This document shows, one piece after another, positions 9,177-19,149 of a stretch of 32,000 nucleotides of DNA. The notes beneath the pieces are model-generated. The model saw only the letters and a list, made by a program, of their open reading frames with translations. It had not been told where the DNA came from and searched no databases. Made by a program: the position numbers and the translations under genes. The first letter of the stretch is position 1. The number at the start of each line of letters is the position of its first letter. This DNA is from Trichodesmium erythraeum IMS101 (GTDB taxonomy: Bacteria; Cyanobacteriota; Cyanobacteriia; Cyanobacteriales; Microcoleaceae), in contig NC_008312.1 in assembly GCF_000014265.1 (NCBI RefSeq), forward strand, positions 5,910,001-5,942,000, read 5' to 3'.

Positions 9177-10268
9177 TTAGTTGTCAATATTAAGATCAGG
9201 TTTATAAGCAACCCAATATTTACTAACAAAATGAACTTCCGTGGCAATATTTACAAACCCTGCTTTCTCCAAACGTTCTTCTAAATTATCTGTAATATAA
9301 TTTTTAAAATAAGGTTCATGGAACATCGCCGGAAAATTTTCTAACATACCGGTAAAATCAGGTTCATCACATGTTTGAATAGAATCACAAATTACAAAAA
9401 CTCCTCCTGGCTGAATTACTCGAAAAGCTTCCTCTAAAACTTTTGTACGTACCATTGGAGGTAATTCATGAAAAGTAAAGACACAAGTTATACCCTGAAA
9501 ATATTTTTCTTGGAAAGGTAAATTCTCTGCATTTCCTTGCAAAAGCTGAGGTAATTCTCCCAATTCTTCAGATAGTAATTTATTTGCTTTTTTCAAGTAA
9601 TTAGCTGACAAATCAATACCATAAATAGAAGCTTTTGGCAAGCTAGCGCGAATCAATTTTAATGTTCTGCCAGTACCACAAGCTATGTCTAAAACCCGTA
9701 ATTTTTGAGGAGCGATCGCATCTAAATTTTGTCCAGAAAACAATTTTTCTAACCCCATTTTTAATGGAGCTAAAACTCGTCTGCGCATCACATCAGCAGT
9801 ACCATTAAATAGAATCTCTACCTGTAAATCATAGAGATTAGCTGACATCTCGCTTAAATAACCATCAGTTTGATAATGAAAATTTTGTAAATAATAACTA
9901 GGATAACCTTGAATCTTGATCTGTGGTGAAAAATATTGATATTTTTTTTGTTGAATTCTTTCCCAAACCTGTGGTAGTTCTAGCCAAATATTAAGATAGA
10001 AACTGAAAAAATCCGACCAGGGATGATCAAAAATAATATTCGTTGGATATATACCCTTTTCACCATCTGCCAAATCTTTTTCTATGATCTCATCCATACG
10101 TTGCTGTATTTTTTGAATAACTTTCGCAGACAAAGGCTTAGTTTTCAGACGTAAATTTGGAGCAATAAAACCTTGCAGATAAGTAGAAATTTTTTTATGA
10201 GCTAAAGCCAGGCCGGCTTTACTTTTTTGAAATGTTTGATAAGTAAATTTGGTAATTGTATCTGACAT
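9177..10268 (-). CDS. Class I SAM-dependent methyltransferase
   Basis: 363-codon ORF with SAM-binding motif I VLDIACGTGR, a post-I acidic residue (IYGIDLS) and a later GGVFVICD motif. The substrate cannot be assigned from sequence alone. Confidence 0.8.
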   Translation of the reverse strand: MSDTITKFTYQTFQKSKAGLALAHKKISTYLQGFIAPNLRLKTKPLSAKVIQKIQQRMDEIIEKDLADGEKGIYPTNIIFDHPWSDFFSFYLNIWLELPQVWERIQQKKYQYFSPQIKIQGYPSYYLQNFHYQTDGYLSEMSANLYDLQVEILFNGTADVMRRRVLAPLKMGLEKLFSGQNLDAIAPQKLRVLDIACGTGRTLKLIRASLPKASIYGIDLSANYLKKANKLLSEELGELPQLLQGNAENLPFQEKYFQGITCVFTFHELPPMVRTKVLEEAFRVIQPGGVFVICDSIQTCDEPDFTGMLENFPAMFHEPYFKNYITDNLEERLEKAGFVNIATEVHFVSKYWVAYKPDLNIDN

Positions 10269-10700
10269 GAGATGACCTGAGTCAATTTAAGGATTTATGA
10301 GATTTTAATTAAGAATTGTACACAGTTAAGATATTTTAATATCTTTTTTATAGCACTACATCTTTTGTTTACAAATGGGTAATTGGGGTTAGTTAACTAT
10401 TGTTGATTTACTAATATTTATTCACATAAGTTTAGATATATAGTAAGAAGGATAAAAGACTTGATAGGATATGTCCATTTAATAAAAAAAGCTAAACATA
10501 GCACTGAAGCCATTCATTTTGATTCCTGACTTCTAAATTCTTGGCCTCTAACTCCTGAGTCCTCAAGAATTCTCTAGTAATAAAACAAAAATTCATCAAG
10601 TTAATATAATTTAACAGAAAATAAAGAAAAAAAAACAGAATAATGTCAAACATTTATTTGCCTAGAAATAGATTATCTTAGGGATTTTTTTTAAATAGAC

Positions 10701-10727
10701 AAAAAAAAGCCTCCACCAAAGGAGGCC
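10701..10727 (-). terminator. Rho-independent terminator of glnA
   Basis: Read on the minus strand: GCCTCC-tttggt-GGAGGC followed by TTTTTTTT (plus-strand A-run 10701-10708, stems 10709-10714 and 10721-10726). It lies 43 nt downstream of the glnA stop. Confidence 0.8.
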
Positions 10728-10769
10728 ATAGAAGAATCAAATTACTTATATCAATTAACAGGCTATAAT

Positions 10770-12194
10770 TTAGCAATCATAGTACATAGAAAACTCATAG
10801 GGATGAGGTCGCAGACGCATCGGTTTAACCTCATTCTCCATCTTGTAATCAATCCAAGTTTGAATCAAATCTTCCGTAAATACCCCACCAGCAGTCAAAA
10901 ACTCATGATCTTTTTCCAAAGCTTCCAAAGCACCTTCTAGGGAACCAGGAGTAGAAGGAATCTTACTCAACTCTTCAGGACTTAGGTCATAAATATCCAC
11001 ATCCAAAGATGGACCAGGGTCAATTTCATTCAATATCCCATCAATACCAGCACAAAGCATAGCCGCAAAAGCAAGATATGGGTTACAAGTAGCATCAGGA
11101 CAACGAAATTCTAAGCGTTTTGCCTTAGGATTAGTACCAGTTAAAGGAATTCGGACAGAAGCGGACCGGTTTCCTTGAGAATAGGCCAAATTTACTGGAG
11201 CTTCAAATCCAGGAACTAATCGCTTATAAGAATTAGTAGAAGGATTAGAGAAACCTAATATTGCTGGAGCGTGCTTCAGGATACCACCGATATAATGAAG
11301 AGCCATCTTACTCAAATTAGCATAACCATCACCCCAGAATAGAGGCTCTCCGTCTTTCCAAATTGACTGGTGAACATGCATTCCAGAACCATTATCATTA
11401 AAGATTGGCTTAGGCATAAAAGTAATAGTCTTGCCATACTTTCTACCCACATTCTTGATAACATACTTATAAATCATCAAGTTATCTGCAGCTTCTACCA
11501 ATTTACCAAAGCGGAAGCCTAATTCATTCTGACCACCTGTAGCTACTTCGTGGTGATGCTTCTCAATAGGGACTCCACACTTAGCCATTGTTAATAGCAT
11601 CTCTGTGCGTAAGTCTTGCATAGTATCTGTAGGAGGTACTGGGAAATAACCTCCTTTGTAGTCAGGTTTATAAGCTTTGTTACCTCCATCTTCCTCTCTT
11701 CCAGAGTTCCAACGACCCTCTATACTATCAACATAATAGTATGCTTTATTTTCTGTTTGGTCGAAACGAGCATCCTCAAACACAAAAAATTCAGCTTCTG
11801 GACCAAAATATACAGTATCCCCAATACCTTGAGTTTTTAAAAAATCAACTGCTTTCTGAGCTATAACTCTTGGGCAACGACTGTACCATTCACCAGTTCG
11901 AGGTTCTTTAATACTACAGGTGATACTTAGTGTAGGTTCGGCCATAAAAGGTTCAATCCAAGCAGTAGTTGGATCGAGCACCATCATCATGTCTGACTCG
12001 TTAATACTTTTCCAACCACGAATACTAGAACCATCAAAAGCAACTCCATCTGTAAAAGAGCTTTCATCAATTTGACTTTGATGAACTGTTAAATGCTGCC
12101 AAATACCAGGTAAGTCAATAAACTTCAAGTCAATAACTTGAATGTCTTGACTCTTAATCCAGTTCAATACATCTTGGGCTGTTTTTACCATCAT
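10770..12194 (-). CDS. glnA: Glutamine synthetase type I
   Basis: 474-codon ORF with clear GSI similarity throughout ([62 protein letters not shown]). Confidence 0.97.
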   Translation of the reverse strand: MMVKTAQDVLNWIKSQDIQVIDLKFIDLPGIWQHLTVHQSQIDESSFTDGVAFDGSSIRGWKSINESDMMMVLDPTTAWIEPFMAEPTLSITCSIKEPRTGEWYSRCPRVIAQKAVDFLKTQGIGDTVYFGPEAEFFVFEDARFDQTENKAYYYVDSIEGRWNSGREEDGGNKAYKPDYKGGYFPVPPTDTMQDLRTEMLLTMAKCGVPIEKHHHEVATGGQNELGFRFGKLVEAADNLMIYKYVIKNVGRKYGKTITFMPKPIFNDNGSGMHVHQSIWKDGEPLFWGDGYANLSKMALHYIGGILKHAPAILGFSNPSTNSYKRLVPGFEAPVNLAYSQGNRSASVRIPLTGTNPKAKRLEFRCPDATCNPYLAFAAMLCAGIDGILNEIDPGPSLDVDIYDLSPEELSKIPSTPGSLEGALEALEKDHEFLTAGGVFTEDLIQTWIDYKMENEVKPMRLRPHPYEFSMYYDC

Positions 12195-12397
12195 TAGCTC
12201 CTAAATCTTAAATTTTAATTTTCTGAATAGACTTAACAGCTACTGCTATTACCCTAGAAAACTTTAATAAAACATGACAAAGTTACACATTGATTTTATA
12301 CCATAAGTTTGTATGTAAAGTTCTCATGATTTCAACTAAATTTTGAAACCAAGCAATGGCCTAAAAATCACTGCAGCTCTAAGACTAATACACTCAA

Positions 12398-12440
12398 ATA
12401 ATAATAAGAATTTAAATTGAATGTTTGTATCGGGTGTTAC
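12398..12440 (-). promoter_or_regulatory. NtcA-activated (class II-like) promoter of glnA: NtcA box plus -10 element
   Basis: A perfect GTA-N8-TAC palindrome (GTATCGGGTGTTAC) sits at 12427-12440. On the minus strand a TATTAT -10 hexamer follows after 20 nt (12401-12406) or, in the overlapping register, 23 nt (12398-12403). This brackets the canonical ~22-nt spacing and lies ~200 nt upstream of the glnA ATG. Confidence 0.7.
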
Positions 12441-12959
12441 GCTCATCCTATAATTAACCTTAACGATTCTGCTAGGTATGAATCTATCTTAACGTTATTT
12501 TGTTTGAAGATTTATACTCTCCTTATCACTCCTTGAGAGCAATAAGAAAAACAATTAATCTTGTGGTATATTCAGCTTTGGTGATAGGCCTACTCATATA
12601 TATATGAACAGACAGGCTAACTGAGAAAAAGTACCAATTTCCAGCATGGGTAACACCGCACCAAAGATCAGTAGCTCAAGGAAGAGTAATAGTCATTGGG
12701 AACGCTCCATGCTTGAGCTCAACACATACAACAAAAAGTTTTTTTGTTTAAGTATTTAGGCTGCTGGGCTAGCAGTATTAGTTGGCGGAGTGGCCATAAG
12801 AACCAAAGGGAGTCATCTCTGAGGGCGAGTACGCGAGAAGCACCAAAGACTATTACAGTAATGGTTAGAAATTCCGCGTTGTCTCTCAAGTGCAACCTTG
12901 GAAAGATGTAAAAGTAGGATCATCAGGTAAATTTAAAAAATTATTAGGAGAATGATTTT

Positions 12960-13469
12960 ATGCAGGACACTATAACTAGCTTAATAAAAAATTACGATAT
13001 TAAAGGTCGTTATTTGGACCAAAATGGGATTGATCAATTAAAATCTTATTTTGAAACTGGTACTGCAAGAGTACAAGCTGCAACCCTAATTAATTCTCAG
13101 GCAGCTAGTTTAGTAAAACAAGCTGCAATTACTTTGTTTGCAGAACAACCAGAATTAATCCGTCCCGGTGGTAATGCTTATACAACTCGTCGTTATGCAG
13201 CTTGTCTGCGGGACATGGACTATTATCTACGCTATGCTACTTATGCTTTAGTAGCAGGTAATACAGACGTTTTAGATGAGCGTGTGTTGCAAGGGCTTCG
13301 GGAAACTTATAATTCTTTAGGAGTACCTATTGGACCTACTTTGATAGGTATTAGCATTCTTAAAGAACTTATTAAGTCTAAGGTAGAGGCTGCAGGTATT
13401 CAAACTGGTGCTTTTTTGGCCGAACCCTTCGATCATCTAATTAATGAGTTGGCAGAAAAGGATATTTAA
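12960..13469 (+). CDS. apcF: Allophycocyanin-family phycobiliprotein, most likely the beta-18 core subunit ApcF
   Basis: 169 codons. AGGAG lies 8 nt upstream of the ATG. It carries the phycobiliprotein signature PGGNAYTTRRYAACLRDMDYYLRYATYALVAGN (chromophore Cys) and LRETYNSLGVP. The length (169 aa) and N-terminus (TSLIKNYD..GRYLD) fit ApcF better than ApcB. Confidence 0.85.
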   Translation: MQDTITSLIKNYDIKGRYLDQNGIDQLKSYFETGTARVQAATLINSQAASLVKQAAITLFAEQPELIRPGGNAYTTRRYAACLRDMDYYLRYATYALVAGNTDVLDERVLQGLRETYNSLGVPIGPTLIGISILKELIKSKVEAAGIQTGAFLAEPFDHLINELAEKDI

Positions 13470-13495
13470 TATTCTTTTTTTTGTAGTCGTAAAGC

Positions 13496-13552
13496 GCGGG
13501 TTGAATCAAAAGATATATCAAACCCGCTTGCTGATTAAAATCAGATTTTTTT
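13496..13552 (+). terminator. Tandem hairpins ending in a T-run, likely the apcF terminator
   Basis: GCGGGTT...AACCCGC spans 13496-13527. It is followed by CTGAT-taaa-ATCAG (13531-13544) and then aTTTTTTT (13545-13552). Confidence 0.65.
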
Positions 13553-13743
13553 GTATGAATGGTTTTTTAACTTCTCTAAAAAGAGTAATTTTTTGATAAA
13601 TATCGTATTTGAATATACGCACAATTATTATCAAACACAATAGATATCTCCAGAAACTAAGTTTTTACTCAGGTATTCCACAGATTTGAGATTAATTATC
13701 GGAGAGATATAATTTAGGTAAGCATTTAAGTCAAGTAAAATTT

Positions 13744-14598
13744 GTGCCTAAACAAAGATTAGATGTTTTATTAGTAGAACGAAACTTATGCAGTTCTCGA
13801 CAAAAAGCTCAGGTTTTGATTAGAGCAGGGGAAGTAATGGTAAATCAACAAATAGTTGATAAACCTGGAACTGAAGTTGACTTGGAGTCGAATATTAAGG
13901 TTAAACAAAAATCTTTATATGTTTCTAGAGGAGGCTACAAACTTGCTAAGGCATTAGAGTATTTTTCTATTTCTATTTCTAATAGAATATGTCTTGATGG
14001 TGGTATATCTACAGGAGGTTTTACAGATTGTTTATTACAAGCAGGCGCTAAATTAATTTATGGTATTGATGTTGGTTACGGACAAGTTGACTGGAAGTTG
14101 CGTAACGACTCCAGAGTAATTTTGAAAGAGAGAACTAATATACGTTATTTAACTCCTCAAGAATTATATGGTGACTCACTAATATTAAATTATGAACTAC
14201 AAGAAAATACAAAAGAAATATATCCTAGTTTAGCTGTAGTTGATGTTTCTTTTATTTCTCTGGCTAAAATATTACCTGCTTTATGGGAATTACTTATTCC
14301 ACCTCGTGAAACAATTTTGTTGGTAAAACCTCAGTTTGAAGTAGGAAAAGAAAGAGTCGGAAAAAAAGGTGTGGTACGTTCCTATAATGACCAAGCTGAG
14401 GCAATTTTTCAGGTATGTTGTAGTGCTAATAATTTAGGATGGAAATACGCAGGTTTAACTTGGTCTCCTATACAAGGTCCTGCTGGTAATATAGAATATT
14501 TATTATGGTTAAATTTAGACAGTGAACTTTTAGTTGATAGGTCGGCGATCGCTGATATCACAAAATTAGCTCGGCAAAAATTTAATCATAACTTATAA
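13744..14598 (+). CDS. tlyA: TlyA-family rRNA (cytidine-2'-O)-methyltransferase (S4 RNA-binding plus FtsJ-like domains)
   Basis: 284 codons with a GTG start. The N-terminus is S4-like (RLDVLLVERNL..SR.KAQ.LI.AG.V.VN). It also has SRGG.KL, a SAM motif DGGISTGGFTDCLLQ.GA, and FISL...LPA followed by LVKPQFE. Confidence 0.85.
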   Translation: MPKQRLDVLLVERNLCSSRQKAQVLIRAGEVMVNQQIVDKPGTEVDLESNIKVKQKSLYVSRGGYKLAKALEYFSISISNRICLDGGISTGGFTDCLLQAGAKLIYGIDVGYGQVDWKLRNDSRVILKERTNIRYLTPQELYGDSLILNYELQENTKEIYPSLAVVDVSFISLAKILPALWELLIPPRETILLVKPQFEVGKERVGKKGVVRSYNDQAEAIFQVCCSANNLGWKYAGLTWSPIQGPAGNIEYLLWLNLDSELLVDRSAIADITKLARQKFNHNL

Positions 14599-14766
14599 TT
14601 AAAATTTGACTTTTAAAATTGCCATATTTATTAATATTTAATATTAAACACAAATAGTTATTTATTATCTAGTCTGAATCAGAAAAATTCTGATCTAAAT
14701 TTAGATATCCTGGAGATAGTATTTAATTCAAATAATTGCTACAGTCAAATTCAAAAAGTGATTTAG

Positions 14767-15670
14767 ATGAATTCTGAATGCTATTAGCTCAAATATTAGT
14801 ATTGAAAAATCTCAAAATTCTAGACTTGGTAAATAAATTTTTTCGGGCCGTAATCTTCTGAATTTAAGTCCCAAACAAATAGCAGAATTAAAGCAAAATC
14901 TGTAAAAAAATGGTGTGATTTTTATCCGCAACCAAAATCTGACGGCATCTAAGTTAACAGAATTTGCCAAACAGACCTTTAGAAATTCAAGCCTTGGTCA
15001 TCGCCGCCCAAAACCTGTAGATCCTGAAATTCCTGCATACTGACAAAGTTCAGGGTCTGCTATTTTAGGAAATTCTAAAAGATTATCTCATAATGTAGTA
15101 GGTAAAATTGATTGGCAATGGCATCACGACAAAGACCTTCTCCCAACAACTAATGGGTTAAAGATGAATACTCCTTATGTTGTCATGTTATATAGTATAA
15201 TAACTTCCCCATAAGGCATTGACGGACAGCCCCATAGAACTGACTTTCTAGATATGATACAAGCTGATAATAACTTTGAATCTCAATATCAACAGCAGTT
15301 AGAAAAGCTTTCGATGTATCATTTTTCTCCTGTACCTCCACCACCAGGGATAGATATTCCTAGGAAACTGCATCCTCTAGTATCAACCCATCAAATAACT
15401 GGACATAAAGGTTTATATTTAGGTTCAGACACTTCTACTATACAGGGACTTGAAGATAAACTTGATTTGGCAAAGCAATATTGGGTAGAGTTATTTGAAA
15501 AAATTCTTAATTTTACACCTTTTTATAGCTATCTTTGGCAAGCTGGAGATATTGTATTTTGGAATAACTCTCAAGTTATGCACACTGGTAAAGCGTACAA
15601 ATATACTAAGTATCAACGCATTGCTTTGCGTATTGGCGTCGTGAATAATGGTGATAACTATAACTGCTAA
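14767..15670 (+). pseudogene. TauD/TfdA-family Fe(II)/2-oxoglutarate dioxygenase inactivated by four in-frame stop codons, probably with a 1-nt shift near the start
   Basis: One frame (positions = 2 mod 3) reads a colinear TauD-like protein from ~14771 to TAA at 15668-15670. Readable segments are ISIEKSQNSRLGK*, IFSGRNLLNLSPKQIAELKQNL*, KNGVIFIRNQNLTASKLTEFAKQTF..., ...IDWQWHHDKD (HxD iron motif) and ...WQAGDIVFWNNSQVMHTG (second His). Stops are at 14834, 14903, 15041 and 15212. Only the last 138 codons (15254..15670) remain as an ORF. The ATG at 14767 is in a different frame. Confidence 0.75.
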
Positions 15671-16009
15671 ACCGACAATAAATCACATATTCTTGGTTTA
15701 TAAGTCTTCATAAGTCGATAAAGGCGCGAAAGTGATAAATTCAAAAGTATTGCATTTTCTTGAGCTGGGAGCTGGGGAGTAGGGGAATAGATAGAGACGT
15801 TGCATACAACCTCGGTACAGAGAAGTAAAAAATAAAAAATAATTGACACTAATCTTAATGTTTGTACTCTTTCTGTTGAAGTGGAAGAATCTAATTAGAT
15901 CAAATCCAGCAGCATTGGTATAATTCTATATTGAAGAGTAATAAGTTGAAATTCTAGGAATGAGCAAACTTTTCTTTTGTCCCTAATGATGATAGGAATT
16001 ATATTACTC

Positions 16010-16175
16010 CGAAGCCAACAAATTTGATATGACCTATCCCACACTTTGACGCACTACTTAATTGCCCGTATATCAGCGTTCCAATTTCTTTTACCCCCGA
16101 GCACAGTGGCAGAATTAGTTTTTTTAACATTTCACACTGTAAGTCAGTTAAATTACTTGGATAGTTCCTTCATTC
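16010..16175 (-). mobile_element. Remnant of an IS4/IS5-type transposase N-terminus (DUF4096-like); no intact element
   Basis: Minus-strand translation from 16163 gives YPSNLTDLQCEMLKKLILPLCSGVKEIGTLIYGQLSSASKCGIGHIKFVGF. This resembles the conserved YPSDLTD.QW..I.PLLP...G.......R.I.N.I.Y....GC.W..LP start of these transposases. It is preceded by a stop, truncated after ~55 codons, and I saw no terminal inverted repeats. Confidence 0.45.
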
Positions 16176-16432
16176 CATAGATCGGGAGAGTTACTTGAAT
16201 TATTGTCTTCTCACTTAACATCTAAGCGATCGCTCTTAAGAATACCTTACAAACAACCTCTAAACGGCAAACACCTATATTTTTCGGTATTATTTAATTT
16301 TAATTGCTGACTTCGGTATTTCCTTGTATTAATAGAAATCTCAGATTTATCAATAAAACTTTAACGCTAAAGCATTATTCTACAATAATATGAGGATATA
16401 AATATTTTTTTTGCTCTAACCATTTAATTTCC

Positions 16433-17119
16433 ATGTTAATCCGAAAAATTAGTATATATTTTATTTTTTTTATTAAACTATCTATTTACATATTTTGTAC
16501 TTCATTTATTTTTAGCATAATAGTTTCAGCAAAAATAATATCTATTAAATTAGCTGATAATTTTCTATACAATTTAATACTTTTTGGTGATTTTTTAAGA
16601 GGTATAGAAATCGTTGAAATTTTCAATATTATTGCTTTTGCTGTAGTTGGAATGGGTTTTGGCTTGGCGACGGTTTTGTTACCTAAATATTTGGGCCGTT
16701 ATGTCAGCACAATTTTATTAGTAATTTTAGTCCCAATAATTTTTATTACAACTCAAATAGTGAGATATGATATTTGGGTAGAACAAGTAGCGGAGAATGA
16801 AAAATTATCATTTAATCAAGCTGAATTACTCATTGATTCATTTTTAAATAAAAGAGTAGGAAAAGATGGTATATATGGCTTCTATTTATATACTGCTAAA
16901 TTTCCAGTTCTCCCTGATAAAAAAGTACAGATTAACAACTTAGATAGATTAGAGAAGAGTGTTAATTCTAAGTTTGTACGATTAATTGGAGTTCCTCCAG
17001 GAGTAATTTATTGGACTATGAGTTTATGTTTTTGGGTAATTAGAATATTTTATTTTGTGATAGCAGTAGTAACTACAATTTTTCACTTCAGAGAAGGTTT
17101 AAGGATAGTTAAATGTTGA
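16433..17119 (+). CDS. Hypothetical integral membrane protein
   Basis: 228-codon ORF with about 4 hydrophobic segments flanking a ~70-aa soluble loop. I recognise no motif. The true start may be an internal Met because the first ~40 codons are extremely AT-rich. Confidence 0.5.
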   Translation: MLIRKISIYFIFFIKLSIYIFCTSFIFSIIVSAKIISIKLADNFLYNLILFGDFLRGIEIVEIFNIIAFAVVGMGFGLATVLLPKYLGRYVSTILLVILVPIIFITTQIVRYDIWVEQVAENEKLSFNQAELLIDSFLNKRVGKDGIYGFYLYTAKFPVLPDKKVQINNLDRLEKSVNSKFVRLIGVPPGVIYWTMSLCFWVIRIFYFVIAVVTTIFHFREGLRIVKC

Positions 17120-17247
17120 ATAATAATGTTTTACTTCAATCATTTATTCTTGATAGCAAAAATTACTTGCATATTTAGTTATTAATTATTATGATCAGAT
17201 TAGTATAAATTACTATATATGCTAACTTCTTCCTCCTTCCTTATTAC

Positions 17248-18693
17248 TTATTTATTGAATAATTCCTGTTGTAAACGATAAATTATTGTATCAGGTTCCA
17301 TCTGACTTAAAATATCCTGAATAACTATATCTTGCCCCAAATCTCCCCAAGTACAACCATTTTCCAAATAAACTTTAGCAGCACTGCCAATCGCATAAGT
17401 TCCATAAGCAGCTACAGAAGCTTGAGTAATAGCAACTCCTGTATAAGAAATAATATTAACCTTTCCTAAACCTAATAATAAACTAGTTCCCAAATCACCC
17501 AACAATATACCACCAGCACTAAAAATAATTATTTTCCAAAGTTTGCCTGCTTCATAGCTAGTCATCGGTAAATTATAAAGACGAGACAAAGAGCGAATTA
17601 AAGCTAAATCTATTACTGTCGTTCCAACTACATCAATAATAGTAATAGGATTAAAAGCAATAGCTAAAGCTTTATATTTAGCAAAATCCCAGATTAAATC
17701 ATCAGCTTCATTTTGTTTAATCTTAACAGTTTTCTGAGCAATACTTACTTCAGCTTTTCTAGCTTGAAGTAACGCATTTAAAGCTAAAAGTGATCGTCCT
17801 TCCCTCTCTAAAATAGTAATTATTTTCTGTCGCAACTCATCTATTTTAGGAGATGGAGTTTCCCATTCATGAGTCACTTTACCATCAGGCATTTCTATTA
17901 TTACAGGTAAAGGAGTTGGTTCTGCTGCCACCATTACTACTTCAAAAGTTGGGTAAATATTATCTAATTCTCCTGACTGAAAAACAGCAATATTTTGTAA
18001 ATTCTTATAGATTTCCTGTCGTTCCACCTCTGAATATAAATCTATTTTATTAAACACTAAAATTAACGGCTTTTTAGATTTTTTTAACTCATACAAAGCA
18101 TCATATTCAGTGCGAGTAATATCTCCAGAAACAACAAATAAAATTAAATCAGCTTGGCGAGTAACTTCCTTCGCCATTTCTCCACGAACTTGATCTGCTA
18201 CTTCATCTAATCCTGGAGTATCTATTAAGTCTACTTTTGCTACTTCTTGTTGATGGAAATTAACGAAAATATTAGGAGTCCATCTAATCGAACGTGGCCA
18301 TTTAGTTACACCATTAAGAGGACCTGTTTCTAATATTTTTTCACCTAATAAAGCATTTAATACTGCTGACTTACCGCGACTGACCAGACCAAATACAGCT
18401 ATTTGAATTACTCCTTGGTCAAGCTTATCAATATTTGATTTTAATAATTCTAATTGGGTTTTAACAGTAGATGAGAATTCAGGGTTAGTTGTTTTATACG
18501 AGGCATTTTGCCATACAGAATATCTATTTAAAGCTCTTTGTAAACTTGCTTTAGCCCGTTTCCAATGAATTTTACTTTGTTTACAATAACTTTCTGTTGA
18601 CTGAGAATTTTCTGTAATTATTTCTGGATATATATTTGAGTGATTCAAGGTTAGACTTGCCTTAGATAATTTAGTAGGAAATAAAAGTATCAT
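17248..18693 (-). CDS. P-loop small GTPase (HSR1/Era-like G domain) fused to a C-terminal DUF697-like membrane domain
   Basis: 481 codons. G1 is GLVSRGKSAVLNALLG, G3 is DTPGLDE and G4 is NKID. The C-terminal ~150 aa are Gly/Ala-rich hydrophobic segments. It is a paralogue of the gene at 21920..23413. Confidence 0.85.
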   Translation of the reverse strand: MILLFPTKLSKASLTLNHSNIYPEIITENSQSTESYCKQSKIHWKRAKASLQRALNRYSVWQNASYKTTNPEFSSTVKTQLELLKSNIDKLDQGVIQIAVFGLVSRGKSAVLNALLGEKILETGPLNGVTKWPRSIRWTPNIFVNFHQQEVAKVDLIDTPGLDEVADQVRGEMAKEVTRQADLILFVVSGDITRTEYDALYELKKSKKPLILVFNKIDLYSEVERQEIYKNLQNIAVFQSGELDNIYPTFEVVMVAAEPTPLPVIIEMPDGKVTHEWETPSPKIDELRQKIITILEREGRSLLALNALLQARKAEVSIAQKTVKIKQNEADDLIWDFAKYKALAIAFNPITIIDVVGTTVIDLALIRSLSRLYNLPMTSYEAGKLWKIIIFSAGGILLGDLGTSLLLGLGKVNIISYTGVAITQASVAAYGTYAIGSAAKVYLENGCTWGDLGQDIVIQDILSQMEPDTIIYRLQQELFNK

Positions 18694-19149
18694 TAGTAAT
18701 GATATAATTTTATCAAATCAACTGACATAATTTCTAAAAGATTCCTGGTTTAGTCACCGAAAAGTTTATAATTGGTATAAGTTACTTTTTGAGATAAACA
18801 TGAGTAAAAGTTCCAAGAATTTAGAGTTGATAATAGTGATAAATGCTTTTAATATATCAGTTATTTTGGGATGTCTATCAAATTAAGAAAATTTGGTAAG
18901 AGCTGAAGCTCAAAAGACTTTTGAGAAAAATAGTTATCAAATTTCTTAGAGTAAGAGAAAAAAATATTTTTTAATACAGAGTTTTTATCAATAGATATTG
19001 AGCAATAAAATTTTGATAATTTGGTAAATCTCAGAAATTTAAAAAATTGTTCATAAGTAATCTTAAATAAATGATCAGAGAAAATTCTACTTAAATATAT
19101 TATGAATTGAGAACGAATTTTTTACAAGTAGCAATAAATAAAGAAAACT

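Noticed and set aside
11616-11840. 74-codon plus-strand ORF inside glnA
   Set aside because: It is antisense to a highly conserved, unmistakable glutamine synthetase frame and has no independent support.
12195-12426. Search for a glutamine riboswitch (glnA RNA motif) in the glnA leader
   Set aside because: I could not recognise the conserved core of that motif in the ~195-nt leader or in 12441-12959. It cannot be excluded without a covariance-model scan, so no feature is called.
15667-15849. 60-codon minus-strand ORF overlapping the end of the TauD pseudogene
   Set aside because: It has no RBS and its composition is dominated by simple sequence (gagctgggagctggggagtagggg). It is barely at the length cut-off and is most likely chance.
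17853-18053. Nested or antisense small ORFs inside confident genes (17853..18053, 26597..26848, 27022..27291, 28358..28546, 31526..31711)
   Set aside because: Each lies entirely within a longer ORF with clear family similarity (GTPase, gatB, phoX), or in an alternative frame of the Pro-rich protein gene, and has no motif of its own.
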